Below are positions 10,060-22,078 of a DNA stretch of 64,000 bases, piece after piece. Within the stretch, counting starts at the first letter, position 1. The number at the start of each line of letters is the position of its first letter. Source of the stretch: Actinomycetota bacterium (GTDB taxonomy: Bacteria > Actinomycetota > Thermoleophilia > UBA2241); NCBI GenBank assembly GCA_012514235.1, contig JAAZAR010000008.1, positions 4,593-68,592 on the forward strand, read 5' to 3'. The position numbers and the translations under genes are program-made. Below the pieces are notes generated by a model. The model saw only the letters and a list, made by a program, of their open reading frames with translations, did no database searches and was not told where the DNA came from.

Positions 10060-10503
10060 ATGAAGATCGCCGCCGGTGCCGACCACGGAGGGTACGCCCT
10101 CAAGCAGGCCGTCGTGCGCCGTCTCCGCTCGCTGGGTCACGAGGTCGTCGACGTGGGCACGGAGTCGGGCGAGAAGTCCGTCGACTACCCCGTGTACGGA
10201 CACAAGGTGGCTGAGCTGGTCGCCTCCGGTGAGGTCGAGCGAGGTCTGCTCGTCTGCGGCACGGGCATCGGCATCTGCATGTCCGCGAACCGCCACAAGG
10301 GCGTGCGCGCCGCCGACTGCTTCACGCCATACCATGCCGAGATCACGCGCCGCCACAACGACTGCAACGTGCTGTGCCTCGGCGGCCGCCTGCTGAGCGA
10401 GGACGAGGCATGGGCGATCACCGAGGTGTGGCTCGAGACGCCGTTCGAGGGCGGTCGTCACGAGGGCCGCGTGGCCCTGCTCGACGCGGAGGACCTCGCT
10501 TGA
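10060..10503 (+). CDS. rpiB: Ribose-5-phosphate isomerase B
   Basis: Motifs [30 protein letters not shown] and [17 protein letters not shown] lies 6 nt upstream of the ATG at 10060. Confidence 0.9.
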   Translation: MKIAAGADHGGYALKQAVVRRLRSLGHEVVDVGTESGEKSVDYPVYGHKVAELVASGEVERGLLVCGTGIGICMSANRHKGVRAADCFTPYHAEITRRHNDCNVLCLGGRLLSEDEAWAITEVWLETPFEGGRHEGRVALLDAEDLA

Positions 10504-11768
10504 GTCCCGTCGGCCGCGAATGGCGGCGCGAACCCCTCTATCACCTCGACCCGGAACTCAACGAGCTGCTGCGCTGCGAACTCATCCGGCAGCAGGAGAC
10601 GCTCGAGCTCATCGCGAGCGAGAACTTCGCCAGCCGCGCCGTGCTCGAGGCCACCGGTTCGGTGCTCACGAACAAGTACGCCGAAGGTACCCCGGGGCAC
10701 CGCTACTACGGCGGCTGCGACGTCGTGGACCAGGTCGAGCAGCTCGCCATCGACCGCTGCAAGGAGGTGTTCGGCGCGGAGCACGCCAACGTGCAGCCGC
10801 ACTCCGGCTCGTCGGCCAACCTCGCCGCCCTCTTCGCGCTGCTGGAGCCGGGCGACACCATGATGGCCATGGAGCTCACGCACGGCGGCCACCTCACGCA
10901 CGGCCTGGGCATCAACTACTCGGGGCGCACGTACAACGTGGTGCCGTACCACGTGCGCAAGGACACCGAGATCATCGACTACGACGAGGTACGCGCGCTC
11001 GCGCGGGAACACAGGCCCAAGCTCATCATCTGCGGCTACAGCTCCTACCCGCGCATCGTCGACTTCGGCGCCTTCAAGGAGATCGCCGACGAGGTCGGCG
11101 CCCTGCTCATGGCCGACATCGCCCACATCGCAGGGCTCATCGCCGCCGGCGTGCACCCCAACCCGGTGCCCTACTGCGACGTCGTCACCAGCACGACGCA
11201 CAAGACGCTCACCGGTCCCCGCGCCGGCATCATCATGTGCCGGGCGGAGCATGCGGAGGCGATCGACCGGGCGGTGTTCCCCGGCATGCAGGGCGGCCCG
11301 CTCATGCACGTCATCGCCGCCAAGGCCGTGTGCCTGCGCATCGCCCAGAGCGACCAGTTTCGCAAGCTGCAGCGGCAGATCGTGACGAACTGCGCCGTCC
11401 TGGCCGAGACGCTGGCCGAGGGTGGGCTGCGTCTCGTCTCCGGCGGCACCGACGTGCACCTCGCGCTCGTCGACCTGCGGTCCGCCGGCATCAACGGCCT
11501 CGAGTGCCAGGAGTTGCTGGAGCGCGTCAACATCACGGCCAACCGCAACGTCGTCCCGTTCGAGGAGGCGTCGTTCAACGTGGCCAGCGGCCTGCGCGTC
11601 GGCGCCGCGGCGGTCAGCACCCGCGGGTTCATGGAGCCCGAGATGCGCCAGACCGGCCAGCTCATGCTCCGCGCCATCGCCGCCCGCGACGACCAGGCAG
11701 CCCTGCCCGAGATCCGTCACGAGGTCGTCGACCTCCTGGACCGCTTCCCCCTGTACGAGTTCCTGTGA
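10500..11768 (+). CDS. glyA: Serine hydroxymethyltransferase
   Basis: Motifs [38 protein letters not shown]. The start is uncertain. I used the TTG at 10500, which overlaps the rpiB stop and gives 422 aa. Confidence 0.94.
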   Translation: MSPVGREWRREPLYHLDPELNELLRCELIRQQETLELIASENFASRAVLEATGSVLTNKYAEGTPGHRYYGGCDVVDQVEQLAIDRCKEVFGAEHANVQPHSGSSANLAALFALLEPGDTMMAMELTHGGHLTHGLGINYSGRTYNVVPYHVRKDTEIIDYDEVRALAREHRPKLIICGYSSYPRIVDFGAFKEIADEVGALLMADIAHIAGLIAAGVHPNPVPYCDVVTSTTHKTLTGPRAGIIMCRAEHAEAIDRAVFPGMQGGPLMHVIAAKAVCLRIAQSDQFRKLQRQIVTNCAVLAETLAEGGLRLVSGGTDVHLALVDLRSAGINGLECQELLERVNITANRNVVPFEEASFNVASGLRVGAAAVSTRGFMEPEMRQTGQLMLRAIAARDDQAALPEIRHEVVDLLDRFPLYEFL

Positions 11769-12256
11769 CGGGGGCAGACGACAGCGCGAGCGGCCGCCGC
11801 CGGCCGAGCTGGGACGAGTACTTCCTCCAGCTCGCCGTCCAGGCGGCCACCCGCTCCACCTGCCTGCGTCGCCAGGTCGGGGCGGTGCTCGTGCGCGACA
11901 AGCGTATCCTCGCCACGGGCTACAACGGCGCACCCCGCGGGGTCGCCCACTGCCTGGACATCGGCTGCCTGCGCGAGCAGCTCGGCATCCCGTCGGGCGA
12001 GCGCCAGGAGCTCTGCCGTGCCATCCATGCCGAGCAGAACGCCGTCATCCAGGCGGCGATTCACGGCGTCGCCATCGAGGGTGCGACGCTCTACACGACG
12101 CTGCACCCCTGCGTCCTGTGCGCCAAGATCCTCATCAACTGCGGGGTGCGCGAGATCCACTACGTCGAGGGCTATCCGGACGAGCTCTCGCGTGCGCTGC
12201 TGGACGAGGCCGGCGTCGAGCTGATCAGGGAGGAGCTGTCATCGGCGGAGCGTTGA
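11765..12256 (+). CDS. Deoxycytidylate (dCMP) deaminase, ComEB/CDA zinc-deaminase family
   Basis: Motifs [17 protein letters not shown] and [14 protein letters not shown] (zinc ligands H/C..C). GTGA overlap with the glyA stop. Confidence 0.85.
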   Translation: MTGADDSASGRRRPSWDEYFLQLAVQAATRSTCLRRQVGAVLVRDKRILATGYNGAPRGVAHCLDIGCLREQLGIPSGERQELCRAIHAEQNAVIQAAIHGVAIEGATLYTTLHPCVLCAKILINCGVREIHYVEGYPDELSRALLDEAGVELIREELSSAER

Positions 12257-13377
12257 GTCTCTCCAGTCCGCTTCGCACGGCGATCCTGGGCTTCCTCATC
12301 GCGGCGTTCATCGTCTACGTCCTGACGCCGCTCATGGGACGTCTCGCCCACCGCACGGGCGCGGTCGACACGCCCACGGACGACCGCCGCATGCACGAGC
12401 TGGCGACGCCCCTCCTCGGCGGCCTCGCCATGTACCTCGGCTGGATGGTGCCGGTGATGCTCCTCGTGGAGGTGGACCGCTCGGTGTGGGGCATCATCGG
12501 CGGCGCCACGATCGTCGTCGCGGTCGGGTTGTTCGACGACCTCTACGAGCTCGAGCCTATCGTGAAGTTCGTGGGCCAGCTCCTGGCGATCGGCGTCGCC
12601 ATCTACTTCGACACGCGCGTCACGCGCGTCGGCGTGCCGTTCACGGACGTCCTGTGGCACCTGCCGCTCGTCGCGTCGATCCTCGTCACCGCCTTCTGGA
12701 TGGCGATGATCATCAACATGGTCAACTTCATCGACGGCCTCGACGGCCTCGCCGCCGGCGTCTGCGGCATCTCGGCGCTGACCTTCGCGATCATCTCGCT
12801 GGCCACCGGCTTCGCCGCCATGGGGGTGCTGGCCGCCGTGCTGGCCGGCGCGACGTTCGCGTTCCTGCGCTTCAACTTCCACCCGGCGTCCATCTTCATG
12901 GGAGACGCCGGGTCCATGCTCCTGGGGTTCGTGCTGGCCTGCGTCAGCGTGCAGAGCGTGATGAAGGGCACGGCGGCGATCGCCCTCGTCCTGCCGCTGC
13001 TGGTGCTCGGCGTACCGTTCGTCGACCTGTTCCTCATCGTCTGGCGGCGCTGGCGCCGCGGCGTGCCCTTCTACGCGGCGGGCCAGGACCACGTGCACCA
13101 CGATCTCGTGCTGGTGCATGGCTTCTCGCAGCGCAAGAGCGTGCTCCTGCTCTACTCGTGGTGCCTCTGCCTGAGCGGCCTCGCGATCTCGATCCAGCAG
13201 CGCTTCTGGCCGGCGATCGTCGCGCTCGGCATCGCGTCGGCCGTCTCCACCCTGTACATGGGGCGGCTGCTCAGCAGGTACCGCTCGCGCCGCCGCGGAC
13301 TGCCTGATCCACTGGCGCCCGGTGTGGGGAACAATCCTTCTGAGGGCGCCGGACCCGACGCGGACGGCGCCTCATGA
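12253..13377 (+). CDS. wecA: Polyprenyl-phosphate N-acetylhexosamine-1-phosphate transferase (MraY/WecA family, GT4)
   Basis: Multi-TM protein with the [15 protein letters not shown] motif and a VHHD motif. It sits just upstream of the atp operon, as rfe/wecA does in mycobacteria. The TTG start at 12253 is tentative. Confidence 0.8.
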   Translation: MSLSSPLRTAILGFLIAAFIVYVLTPLMGRLAHRTGAVDTPTDDRRMHELATPLLGGLAMYLGWMVPVMLLVEVDRSVWGIIGGATIVVAVGLFDDLYELEPIVKFVGQLLAIGVAIYFDTRVTRVGVPFTDVLWHLPLVASILVTAFWMAMIINMVNFIDGLDGLAAGVCGISALTFAIISLATGFAAMGVLAAVLAGATFAFLRFNFHPASIFMGDAGSMLLGFVLACVSVQSVMKGTAAIALVLPLLVLGVPFVDLFLIVWRRWRRGVPFYAAGQDHVHHDLVLVHGFSQRKSVLLLYSWCLCLSGLAISIQQRFWPAIVALGIASAVSTLYMGRLLSRYRSRRRGLPDPLAPGVGNNPSEGAGPDADGAS

Positions 13378-13438
13378 AGGGCCGGCGGCGGGCGCGGCGG
13401 TCCTCGATCCGCGCCGGTGAACGGCATCCGGATCTCAT

Positions 13439-13467
13439 TTGCAGGCCCCTGACCCCACAGGTATAGT
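13439..13467 (+). promoter_or_regulatory. Sigma-70/SigA-like promoter upstream of the atp operon (TTGCAG-17 nt-TATAGT)
   Basis: The -35 TTGCAG is at 13439-13444, followed by a 17-nt spacer and the -10 TATAGT at 13462-13467. Confidence 0.45.
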
Positions 13468-13689
13468 GTGAGCCCGGAAAGCCCCGGGAACGGGGGGAAG
13501 AAGCAACCACAGCGCTCGGCGGCGTCCGCGGAATCGGTCGCCTTTCTGCTGCTCGCCGGCGTCGCCGTCGGGCTCGGGTTCGGCGCCGGCGTCGACTGGG
13601 TGTTCGACACCTTTCCGCTGTTTGTGGTGATCGGCGTCTTCGTCGGCTTCGGGCTGGCGCTGTACGCCATCTATCTGGAGACGAAGTAG
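13468..13689 (+). CDS. AtpZ/ATPase_gene1-like small membrane protein
   Basis: 73 aa with two predicted TM helices (FLLLAGVAVGLGFGAG.., LFVVIGVFVGFGLALYAIY). It is the first ORF of the atp cluster. The GTG start directly abuts the predicted -10 box, so the start or the promoter call is uncertain. Confidence 0.55.
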   Translation: MSPESPGNGGKKQPQRSAASAESVAFLLLAGVAVGLGFGAGVDWVFDTFPLFVVIGVFVGFGLALYAIYLETK

Positions 13690-13770
13690 AGTCCGGGAGA
13701 GCGAGGCGTCATCCGCAGACCGTTCGCAGCACTGCTTCTGCTCATCGCCGCCACTCTGGCCTGCGCCACG

Positions 13771-14091
13771 GTGGCGGCGTTCGTCGGGCAGCCGGTATGG
13801 GCCGCAGTCGCCGGCGCGGGGCTCGTCCTCGTGTACTGGGCGCTCGAGACCGTCGCCTGGCGCTCCGCGTCCCGGGGCACCTTCAACCACGCCGTGCTGG
13901 CCACGGTCGGCGGTGCCGCCGTCCGCATGGCCGTGGCGCTCGTCTGCCTGATCCTGATCGGCGTGTTCGCGCGCCCAGCGTTCGCGGCCGCTGCCCTGTC
14001 GTTCCTCGCCGCCTTCACCGTCTACATGACGGTGCGAGTCTTCACGTTCGCCGGGGACCCGGCTCCCACCCGGGAGGTGAGGTCACGATGA
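13771..14091 (+). CDS. atpI: ATP synthase protein I-like membrane protein
   Basis: A hydrophobic ORF of at least 106 aa immediately upstream of atpB, overlapping it by ATGA. The upstream in-frame region (13690-13770) also encodes a hydrophobic stretch but has no canonical start codon. Confidence 0.5.
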   Translation: MAAFVGQPVWAAVAGAGLVLVYWALETVAWRSASRGTFNHAVLATVGGAAVRMAVALVCLILIGVFARPAFAAAALSFLAAFTVYMTVRVFTFAGDPAPTREVRSR

Positions 14092-14954
14092 TGAAGCGCA
14101 AGCGTCTGATCTGGGCCTTCGTCGCCATCATCGCGCTCGCGGCCGTGATCGGCATCGACGTCCTCAAGGAGCCGGGGCAGGCCGAGGAGTTCGAGATCGC
14201 CGAGGAGTTCGAGCTTCATCCGATCATCGAGCTGCCCAGCATCGGCCCGTTCGACCTGTCGATCACCAAGGCGGTGGTCTACCTGTGGCTCACCGCCGCC
14301 GTGCTCATCGTCTTCGCCCTGCTCGTCCGGCGCTCGCTCAAGCGCGAGACCCCGAGCCGCTTCCGCGTGATGATGGAGCTGCTCTACAGTCTCGCGCACG
14401 ACGGCATCGTCGGGGCCGTCATGAAGAGCGGCCGCGCCACCTGGTTCCCGTACATCGCCAGCGCCTTCTTCTTCGTCCTCACGGCCAATCTCCTCGGCCT
14501 GATACCGCTGCCGCTCGCCGAGCACAACCAGTTCGGGTTCTACACCGCCACGGCCAATCTGTACGTCACGCTCGCCCTGGCGCTGTGCACCTTCGTCTTC
14601 ACGCACTACGCGGGCCTCCGGCAGAACGGTCCCCGGTACTTCGTCAACTGGGCACCGTCCAGCGCCCCGCCGGTGCTCAAGCAGCTCATCTGGGTCATCC
14701 ACGCGGTGAGCGAGGTCTTCCGCCTCGTCTCGCTCGCCGTCCGTCTCTTCGCCAACATGCTGGCGGGGCACGCCATCCTGGCCGTGTTCTTCGCCATGGC
14801 GCTCATCTTCCAGAGCTACCTCGCCGCGGTCGTCCTGCAGGGGGCCTCGGTGCTCATCTACATGTTCGAGATCTTCGTGGCCTTCATCCAGGCCTTCATC
14901 TTCGCCATCCTCTCCGCCGTGTACATCAGCGGGGCGCTGGACCAGGAGCACTAG
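14088..14954 (+). CDS. atpB: F0F1 ATP synthase subunit a
   Basis: Contains the conserved subunit-a motif around the essential Arg (LAVRLFANMLAGH). It starts at the ATG at 14088 (MMKRKRLIW). Confidence 0.93.
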   Translation: MMKRKRLIWAFVAIIALAAVIGIDVLKEPGQAEEFEIAEEFELHPIIELPSIGPFDLSITKAVVYLWLTAAVLIVFALLVRRSLKRETPSRFRVMMELLYSLAHDGIVGAVMKSGRATWFPYIASAFFFVLTANLLGLIPLPLAEHNQFGFYTATANLYVTLALALCTFVFTHYAGLRQNGPRYFVNWAPSSAPPVLKQLIWVIHAVSEVFRLVSLAVRLFANMLAGHAILAVFFAMALIFQSYLAAVVLQGASVLIYMFEIFVAFIQAFIFAILSAVYISGALDQEH

Positions 14955-15236
<282 letters not shown>

Positions 15237-15269
15237 GGGCGGCGGCACCAGACCAGCGAGGAGTGACGC

Positions 15270-15779
15270 ATGCTCGTCCCTGAACCAGGTCTCATGATCT
15301 GGACCCTCATCACCTTCGGGGTGGCGGTCCTGGTGCTCACGCTGCTCGCCTTCAAGCCTCTCCAGAAGGCTCTCGACGCGCGGCGTCAGAGTATCCAGGA
15401 CAGCGTGGACGCCGCTGAAGAGGCGCGCGCCGAGGCGCTGCGACTGCTCGAGGAGTACAAGGCCACGCTCGCCAGGGTCCGCGGCGAGTCCGACGAGATC
15501 CTGGAGCGCTCGAGGACCACGGCAGAGCACGCCAAGGCCGAGATCCTCGCCGAGGCCAAGGCGCAGAGCGAGCGCGTCCTCGAGCGTGCGCACGAGCAGA
15601 TCGAGCGCGACACGCGCGCCGCGCTCCGCGACATCAAGGGACAGATCGCGGAGCTCACCGCGCTCGCCACCGAGAAGGTCGCGGCCGCCAGCCTCAGCGC
15701 GGCCGACCAGCAGCGTCTCATCGACGAGGCGCTCGCCGAGCTCGACGTCGAGAGCCTCGGCGCGGAGGGCCGGGCGTGA
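15270..15779 (+). CDS. atpF: F0F1 ATP synthase subunit b
   Basis: 169 aa with an N-terminal TM helix followed by a long charged coiled-coil, positioned between atpE and atpH. Confidence 0.9.
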   Translation: MLVPEPGLMIWTLITFGVAVLVLTLLAFKPLQKALDARRQSIQDSVDAAEEARAEALRLLEEYKATLARVRGESDEILERSRTTAEHAKAEILAEAKAQSERVLERAHEQIERDTRAALRDIKGQIAELTALATEKVAAASLSAADQQRLIDEALAELDVESLGAEGRA

Positions 15780-16333
15780 GCGAAGAGCAGGCAGCTCGGG
15801 TCTACGCCCAGGCTCTGTTCGACGCCGCCCGGGAGGCGAGCGCGGAGGAGCAGGTGGGCCGCGAGCTGGGCGACTTCGTCGCCGCCCTCGCGGCATCGGA
15901 GCCGCTCCGCGCCGTGCTCGCCGACCCCCAGGTGGAGACGAGCGCCAAGCAGCGGGTGCTCGCCGAGCTCACGCGCGGCGCTCAGCCGCTGCTCGCCAAC
16001 ACGCTGCAGCTCATGCTCGAGCGCGGGCGGTTCGCCGCAGTGCCCGAGCTGCGTGAGGCCTACGACGCCCTGGCCGTCGCCGAGGGGGGCGTCGTCGAGG
16101 TCGAGGTCGTCTCGGCCACCGAGCTTCCGCCCGAGACCGAGAAGAAGATCGCCGCCCGTGTGGAGGGCGCCACCGGGCGCCGGGTTGCACTCGCCCGGCG
16201 CGTCGACCCCTCCATCGTGGGCGGCCTCGTCCTGCGCATCGGCGACGTCATCGTCGACGGCAGCGTCAAAGCACGGATCCGCCAGCTGCGCCGCCGGCTG
16301 GCTACCGCAGAAGTGAGAGGTGACGCCCAGTGA
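15776..16333 (+). CDS. atpH: F0F1 ATP synthase subunit delta (OSCP)
   Basis: 185 aa with an OSCP-like C-terminus ([22 protein letters not shown]). GTGA overlaps with the genes on both sides. Confidence 0.9.
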   Translation: MSEEQAARVYAQALFDAAREASAEEQVGRELGDFVAALAASEPLRAVLADPQVETSAKQRVLAELTRGAQPLLANTLQLMLERGRFAAVPELREAYDALAVAEGGVVEVEVVSATELPPETEKKIAARVEGATGRRVALARRVDPSIVGGLVLRIGDVIVDGSVKARIRQLRRRLATAEVRGDAQ

Positions 16334-17919
16334 AGCTGCGACCCGAAGAGATCGCCTCGGTCCTCAAGGCCCAGATCGAGGGGTACCAGGCGGAGGTCGA
16401 GGTCGAAGAGGTCGGCACCGTCCTCGAGGTCGGCGACGGGATCGCCCGCATCTACGGGCTCCGCAACTGCGTGGCCATGGAGATGCTCGAGCTTCCCCAC
16501 GACGTCATCGGCCTGGCCCTCAACCTCGAGGAGGACAACGTCGGCGCCGTGCTCCTGGGCGAGGACACGCTGATCAAGGAGGGCGACCTCGTCAAGCGCA
16601 CCGGCCGCGTGCTCCGCGTCCCGGTGGGTGAGGCTCTCGTCGGCCGGGTGGTCGACCCGCTCGGCCGTCCGCTCGACGACAAGGGACCCATCGAGACCGA
16701 CCAGTTCCGTCCGGTCGAGTTCAAGGCTCCCGGCGTGATCGAGCGCCAGGGGGTCAAGGAGCCGCTGCAGACCGGCATCAAGGCCATCGACTCCATGATC
16801 CCGATCGGCCGCGGCCAGCGCGAGCTCATCATCGGCGACCGCCAGACCGGCAAGACGTCCATCATCGTCGACACGATCATCAACCAGAAGGGCCAGGACG
16901 AGATCTGCGTCTACGTGGCCATCGGGCAGAAGGCCTCGACCGTCATGCAGGTGGTGCAGAAGCTCGAGGAGTACGGCGCGATGGAGTACACGATCGTCGT
17001 CGCCGCGACGGCGTCGGCATCCGCGACGCTCAAGTACCTCGCCCCGTACGCCGGGTGCGCCATGGGCGAGTACTTCCTCTACAGCGGCCGCCACTCGGTG
17101 TGCTTCTACGACGACCTCTCCAAGCAGGCCGACGCCTACCGGCAGATGTCGCTGCTGCTGCGCCGGCCGCCGGGCCGCGAGGCGTTCCCCGGCGACGTGT
17201 TCTACCTGCACTCGCGCCTGCTCGAGCGGGCCGTCAAGCTCAGCGACGACCTCGGGGGAGGCTCTCTCACGGCGCTGCCCGTCATCGAGACGCAGGCCGG
17301 CGACGTGTCTGCCTACATCCCGACCAACGTCATCTCCATCACCGACGGCCAGATCTTCCTCACGAGCGACCTCTTCCTCTCCGGCATCCGCCCGGCCATC
17401 AACGTCGGCATCTCGGTGAGCCGCGTGGGCGGCAAGGCGCAGGTCAAGGCGATGCGCCAGGTCGCCGGCCGCCTCAAGCTCGACCTGGCGCAGTACCGGG
17501 AGCTGCAGGCGTTCGCGCAGTTCGGGTCGGACCTCGACGCCGTCACCAGGCGTGCGCTGGCGCGCGGCGAGCGCATGGTCCAGCTGCTGAACCAGGGTCA
17601 GTACGACCCCCTGCCGGTCGAGGAGCAGGTCGCCGTCATCTTCGCCGGCAACCAGGGCTTCCTCGACGACCTCGCGGGCGAGCGCGTGCAGCACTTCGCG
17701 CAGGGGCTGCGCGACTACCTCCGCAGCCAGGCGACCGACGTGCTCGCCGACATCCGCGAACGCGGCGAGCTGACGAAGGAGACGGAGGCGAGGCTCAAGG
17801 AGGTCGTCGCCTCCTATCACAACGCGTTCGCCGCCGAGGTCGGCACCACGTCCGAGGTGGCCGAGCTCGAGGCCGAGGCCAAGGCACTCCAGGAGAAGAC
17901 CGCGGAGGCGGAGGCCTGA
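16330..17919 (+). CDS. atpA: F0F1 ATP synthase subunit alpha (with a ~20-25 aa acidic/Ala-rich C-terminal tail)
   Basis: Walker A GDRQTGKT and other strongly conserved alpha-subunit sequence. 529 aa. Confidence 0.97.
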   Translation: MKLRPEEIASVLKAQIEGYQAEVEVEEVGTVLEVGDGIARIYGLRNCVAMEMLELPHDVIGLALNLEEDNVGAVLLGEDTLIKEGDLVKRTGRVLRVPVGEALVGRVVDPLGRPLDDKGPIETDQFRPVEFKAPGVIERQGVKEPLQTGIKAIDSMIPIGRGQRELIIGDRQTGKTSIIVDTIINQKGQDEICVYVAIGQKASTVMQVVQKLEEYGAMEYTIVVAATASASATLKYLAPYAGCAMGEYFLYSGRHSVCFYDDLSKQADAYRQMSLLLRRPPGREAFPGDVFYLHSRLLERAVKLSDDLGGGSLTALPVIETQAGDVSAYIPTNVISITDGQIFLTSDLFLSGIRPAINVGISVSRVGGKAQVKAMRQVAGRLKLDLAQYRELQAFAQFGSDLDAVTRRALARGERMVQLLNQGQYDPLPVEEQVAVIFAGNQGFLDDLAGERVQHFAQGLRDYLRSQATDVLADIRERGELTKETEARLKEVVASYHNAFAAEVGTTSEVAELEAEAKALQEKTAEAEA

Positions 17920-17920
17920 C

Positions 17921-20240
<2,320 letters not shown>

Positions 20241-20250
20241 GAGGGCTCTG

Positions 20251-20682
20251 GTGAGCGACGATCGCACACTCCACGTCGAGGTCGTCACGCCGGACGGTCA
20301 GGTCTACGCCGGGGAGGTCGCCATGGTGGTGCTCCCCGGCGTCGACGGTGAGCTCGGCATCCTGCCGCGCCACCAGCCGCTGGTCACGCTGCTGGGCATC
20401 GGCGAGACGCGCATCCGCACGATCGACGATGACTGGGAGTACATCGCGACCGGGATCGGCTACGCGCAGGTGCTGTTCGACAAGGTCCTCGTCGTGGTCG
20501 ACCACGGCGAGCTCGCCGGCGCCATCGACATCGAGCGGGCCGAGGAGGCCTACCGGCGCGCCCAGGAGCGGATGAAGGAGAGCGGCGATCTGAGCGCACG
20601 GGCCGAGGTGGACTACTTCCGCGCCGAGCAGGCGCTCAAGCGGGCCGAGAACCGCCTGAGCGTGGCCAAGCGCCGTCGCTGA
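20251..20682 (+). CDS. atpC: F0F1 ATP synthase subunit epsilon
   Basis: 143 aa with an epsilon-type beta-sandwich N-terminus (LHVEVVTPDGQVY.., LPRHQPLVT) and a helical C-terminus. It starts at the GTG at 20251. Confidence 0.9.
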   Translation: MSDDRTLHVEVVTPDGQVYAGEVAMVVLPGVDGELGILPRHQPLVTLLGIGETRIRTIDDDWEYIATGIGYAQVLFDKVLVVVDHGELAGAIDIERAEEAYRRAQERMKESGDLSARAEVDYFRAEQALKRAENRLSVAKRRR

Positions 20683-20721
20683 CGCCGCGGCATCGAGACG
20701 AGCTATACTCCTGGGCGTCTG

Positions 20722-22065
20722 ATGGACGGCTTGAGCGAACACGACGCGCGCCTCCAGGTGCGCGGCGGACGGCCACTGGAGGGAGAAGTCGTCCTCTCCG
20801 GCGCCAAGAACTCCGCCCTCAAACTGCTCGCCGCGAGTCTGCTCACGGCCGACCCCTGCGTCATCCGGCGTGTGCCTCGGATCACGGACGTGGCCACCAT
20901 GGTGACCATGTTGCGGGCCCTCGGCGCCGACGCCAGCGACGAGGGCGACGCGGTGAGGGTGGAGGCCGGCGGCCGGCTCAGCGGCTGCGCGCCCTACGAG
21001 CTCGTTCGCACGATGCGCGCGAGCATCATCGTCATGGGCCCGCTCGTGGCGCGTCTCGGTGAGGCCACCATCGCGATGCCCGGCGGCTGCAACATCGGGC
21101 CGCGGAGGATCGACTTCCACATCCGCGGCCTCGAGAAGCTGGGGGCGCGCATCGACATCGAGCACGGGTTCATCCGCGTGCACAGCGATGGTCTCAAGGG
21201 CGCCGTGGTGCCGCTCGACTACCCGAGCGTGGGCGCCACCGAGAACCTCGTCATGGCGGCCACTGCCGCCGAGGGCGAGACCGTGATCGAGAACGCGGCC
21301 CGCGAGCCGGAGATCATGGACCTGTGTGCCTTCCTCCGGGGCATGGGGGCCGAGATCGAGGGCGCCGGCTCCAGCACGATCCACGTGGCCGGCGGCAGGT
21401 CGCTGCACGGTGTGGACCACACCGTGATCGCCGACCGCATCGAGGCCGGCACGTACCTGATCATGGGGGCCGCCACGGGCGGCCGGGTCACGACGATCGG
21501 CCTCGACCCGGCCCACCTGGAGCTCTTCCTCGCCAAGTTGCAGGCCATGGGCGTGCAGGTGGAGGAGGCCGAGGACCGCATCACGGTCACCCGTGACGGG
21601 CCGCTCGCCCCGGTCGACATCTCGACCCTCCCGCACCCCGGGTTCGCCACCGACCTCCAGGCACAGACCATGGTGCTCCTCTCGCTGGCCGAAGGGACGT
21701 CCATCATCACCGAGAACGTGTTCGAGAACCGCTTCGTCGTGGTCGACGAGCTCAACCGCCTCGGCGCCGGCATCGAGACCAGCGGCCATCACGCCGTCAT
21801 CGCCGGGCCGCGCCAGCTGAGCGGCACGGTCGTGGAGGCGCCCGATCTCCGCGGCGGCGCCGCGCTCGTCGCCGCGGGGCTGGTGGCCGATGGGGTCACG
21901 GAGGTGCGGAGCGTGTACCATGTCGATCGGGGGTACGAGGATCTTACCGGCAAACTGTGTGCCCTCGGGGCAGACGTCACGCGCTGGGAGGAGGACCCGC
22001 GAACCGGCCCTCCCGAGGACGCGTCTCTCCTGACATGCGAGGACGAGGCCGTGCGCGGCGCCTGA
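20722..22065 (+). CDS. murA: UDP-N-acetylglucosamine 1-carboxyvinyltransferase
   Basis: Motifs SGAKNSALKLLAASLL, the catalytic-Cys loop PGGCNIGPRRID, and RGYE. 447 aa. Confidence 0.95.
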   Translation: MDGLSEHDARLQVRGGRPLEGEVVLSGAKNSALKLLAASLLTADPCVIRRVPRITDVATMVTMLRALGADASDEGDAVRVEAGGRLSGCAPYELVRTMRASIIVMGPLVARLGEATIAMPGGCNIGPRRIDFHIRGLEKLGARIDIEHGFIRVHSDGLKGAVVPLDYPSVGATENLVMAATAAEGETVIENAAREPEIMDLCAFLRGMGAEIEGAGSSTIHVAGGRSLHGVDHTVIADRIEAGTYLIMGAATGGRVTTIGLDPAHLELFLAKLQAMGVQVEEAEDRITVTRDGPLAPVDISTLPHPGFATDLQAQTMVLLSLAEGTSIITENVFENRFVVVDELNRLGAGIETSGHHAVIAGPRQLSGTVVEAPDLRGGAALVAAGLVADGVTEVRSVYHVDRGYEDLTGKLCALGADVTRWEEDPRTGPPEDASLLTCEDEAVRGA

Positions 22066-22078
22066 GCGCCGGAGGATC

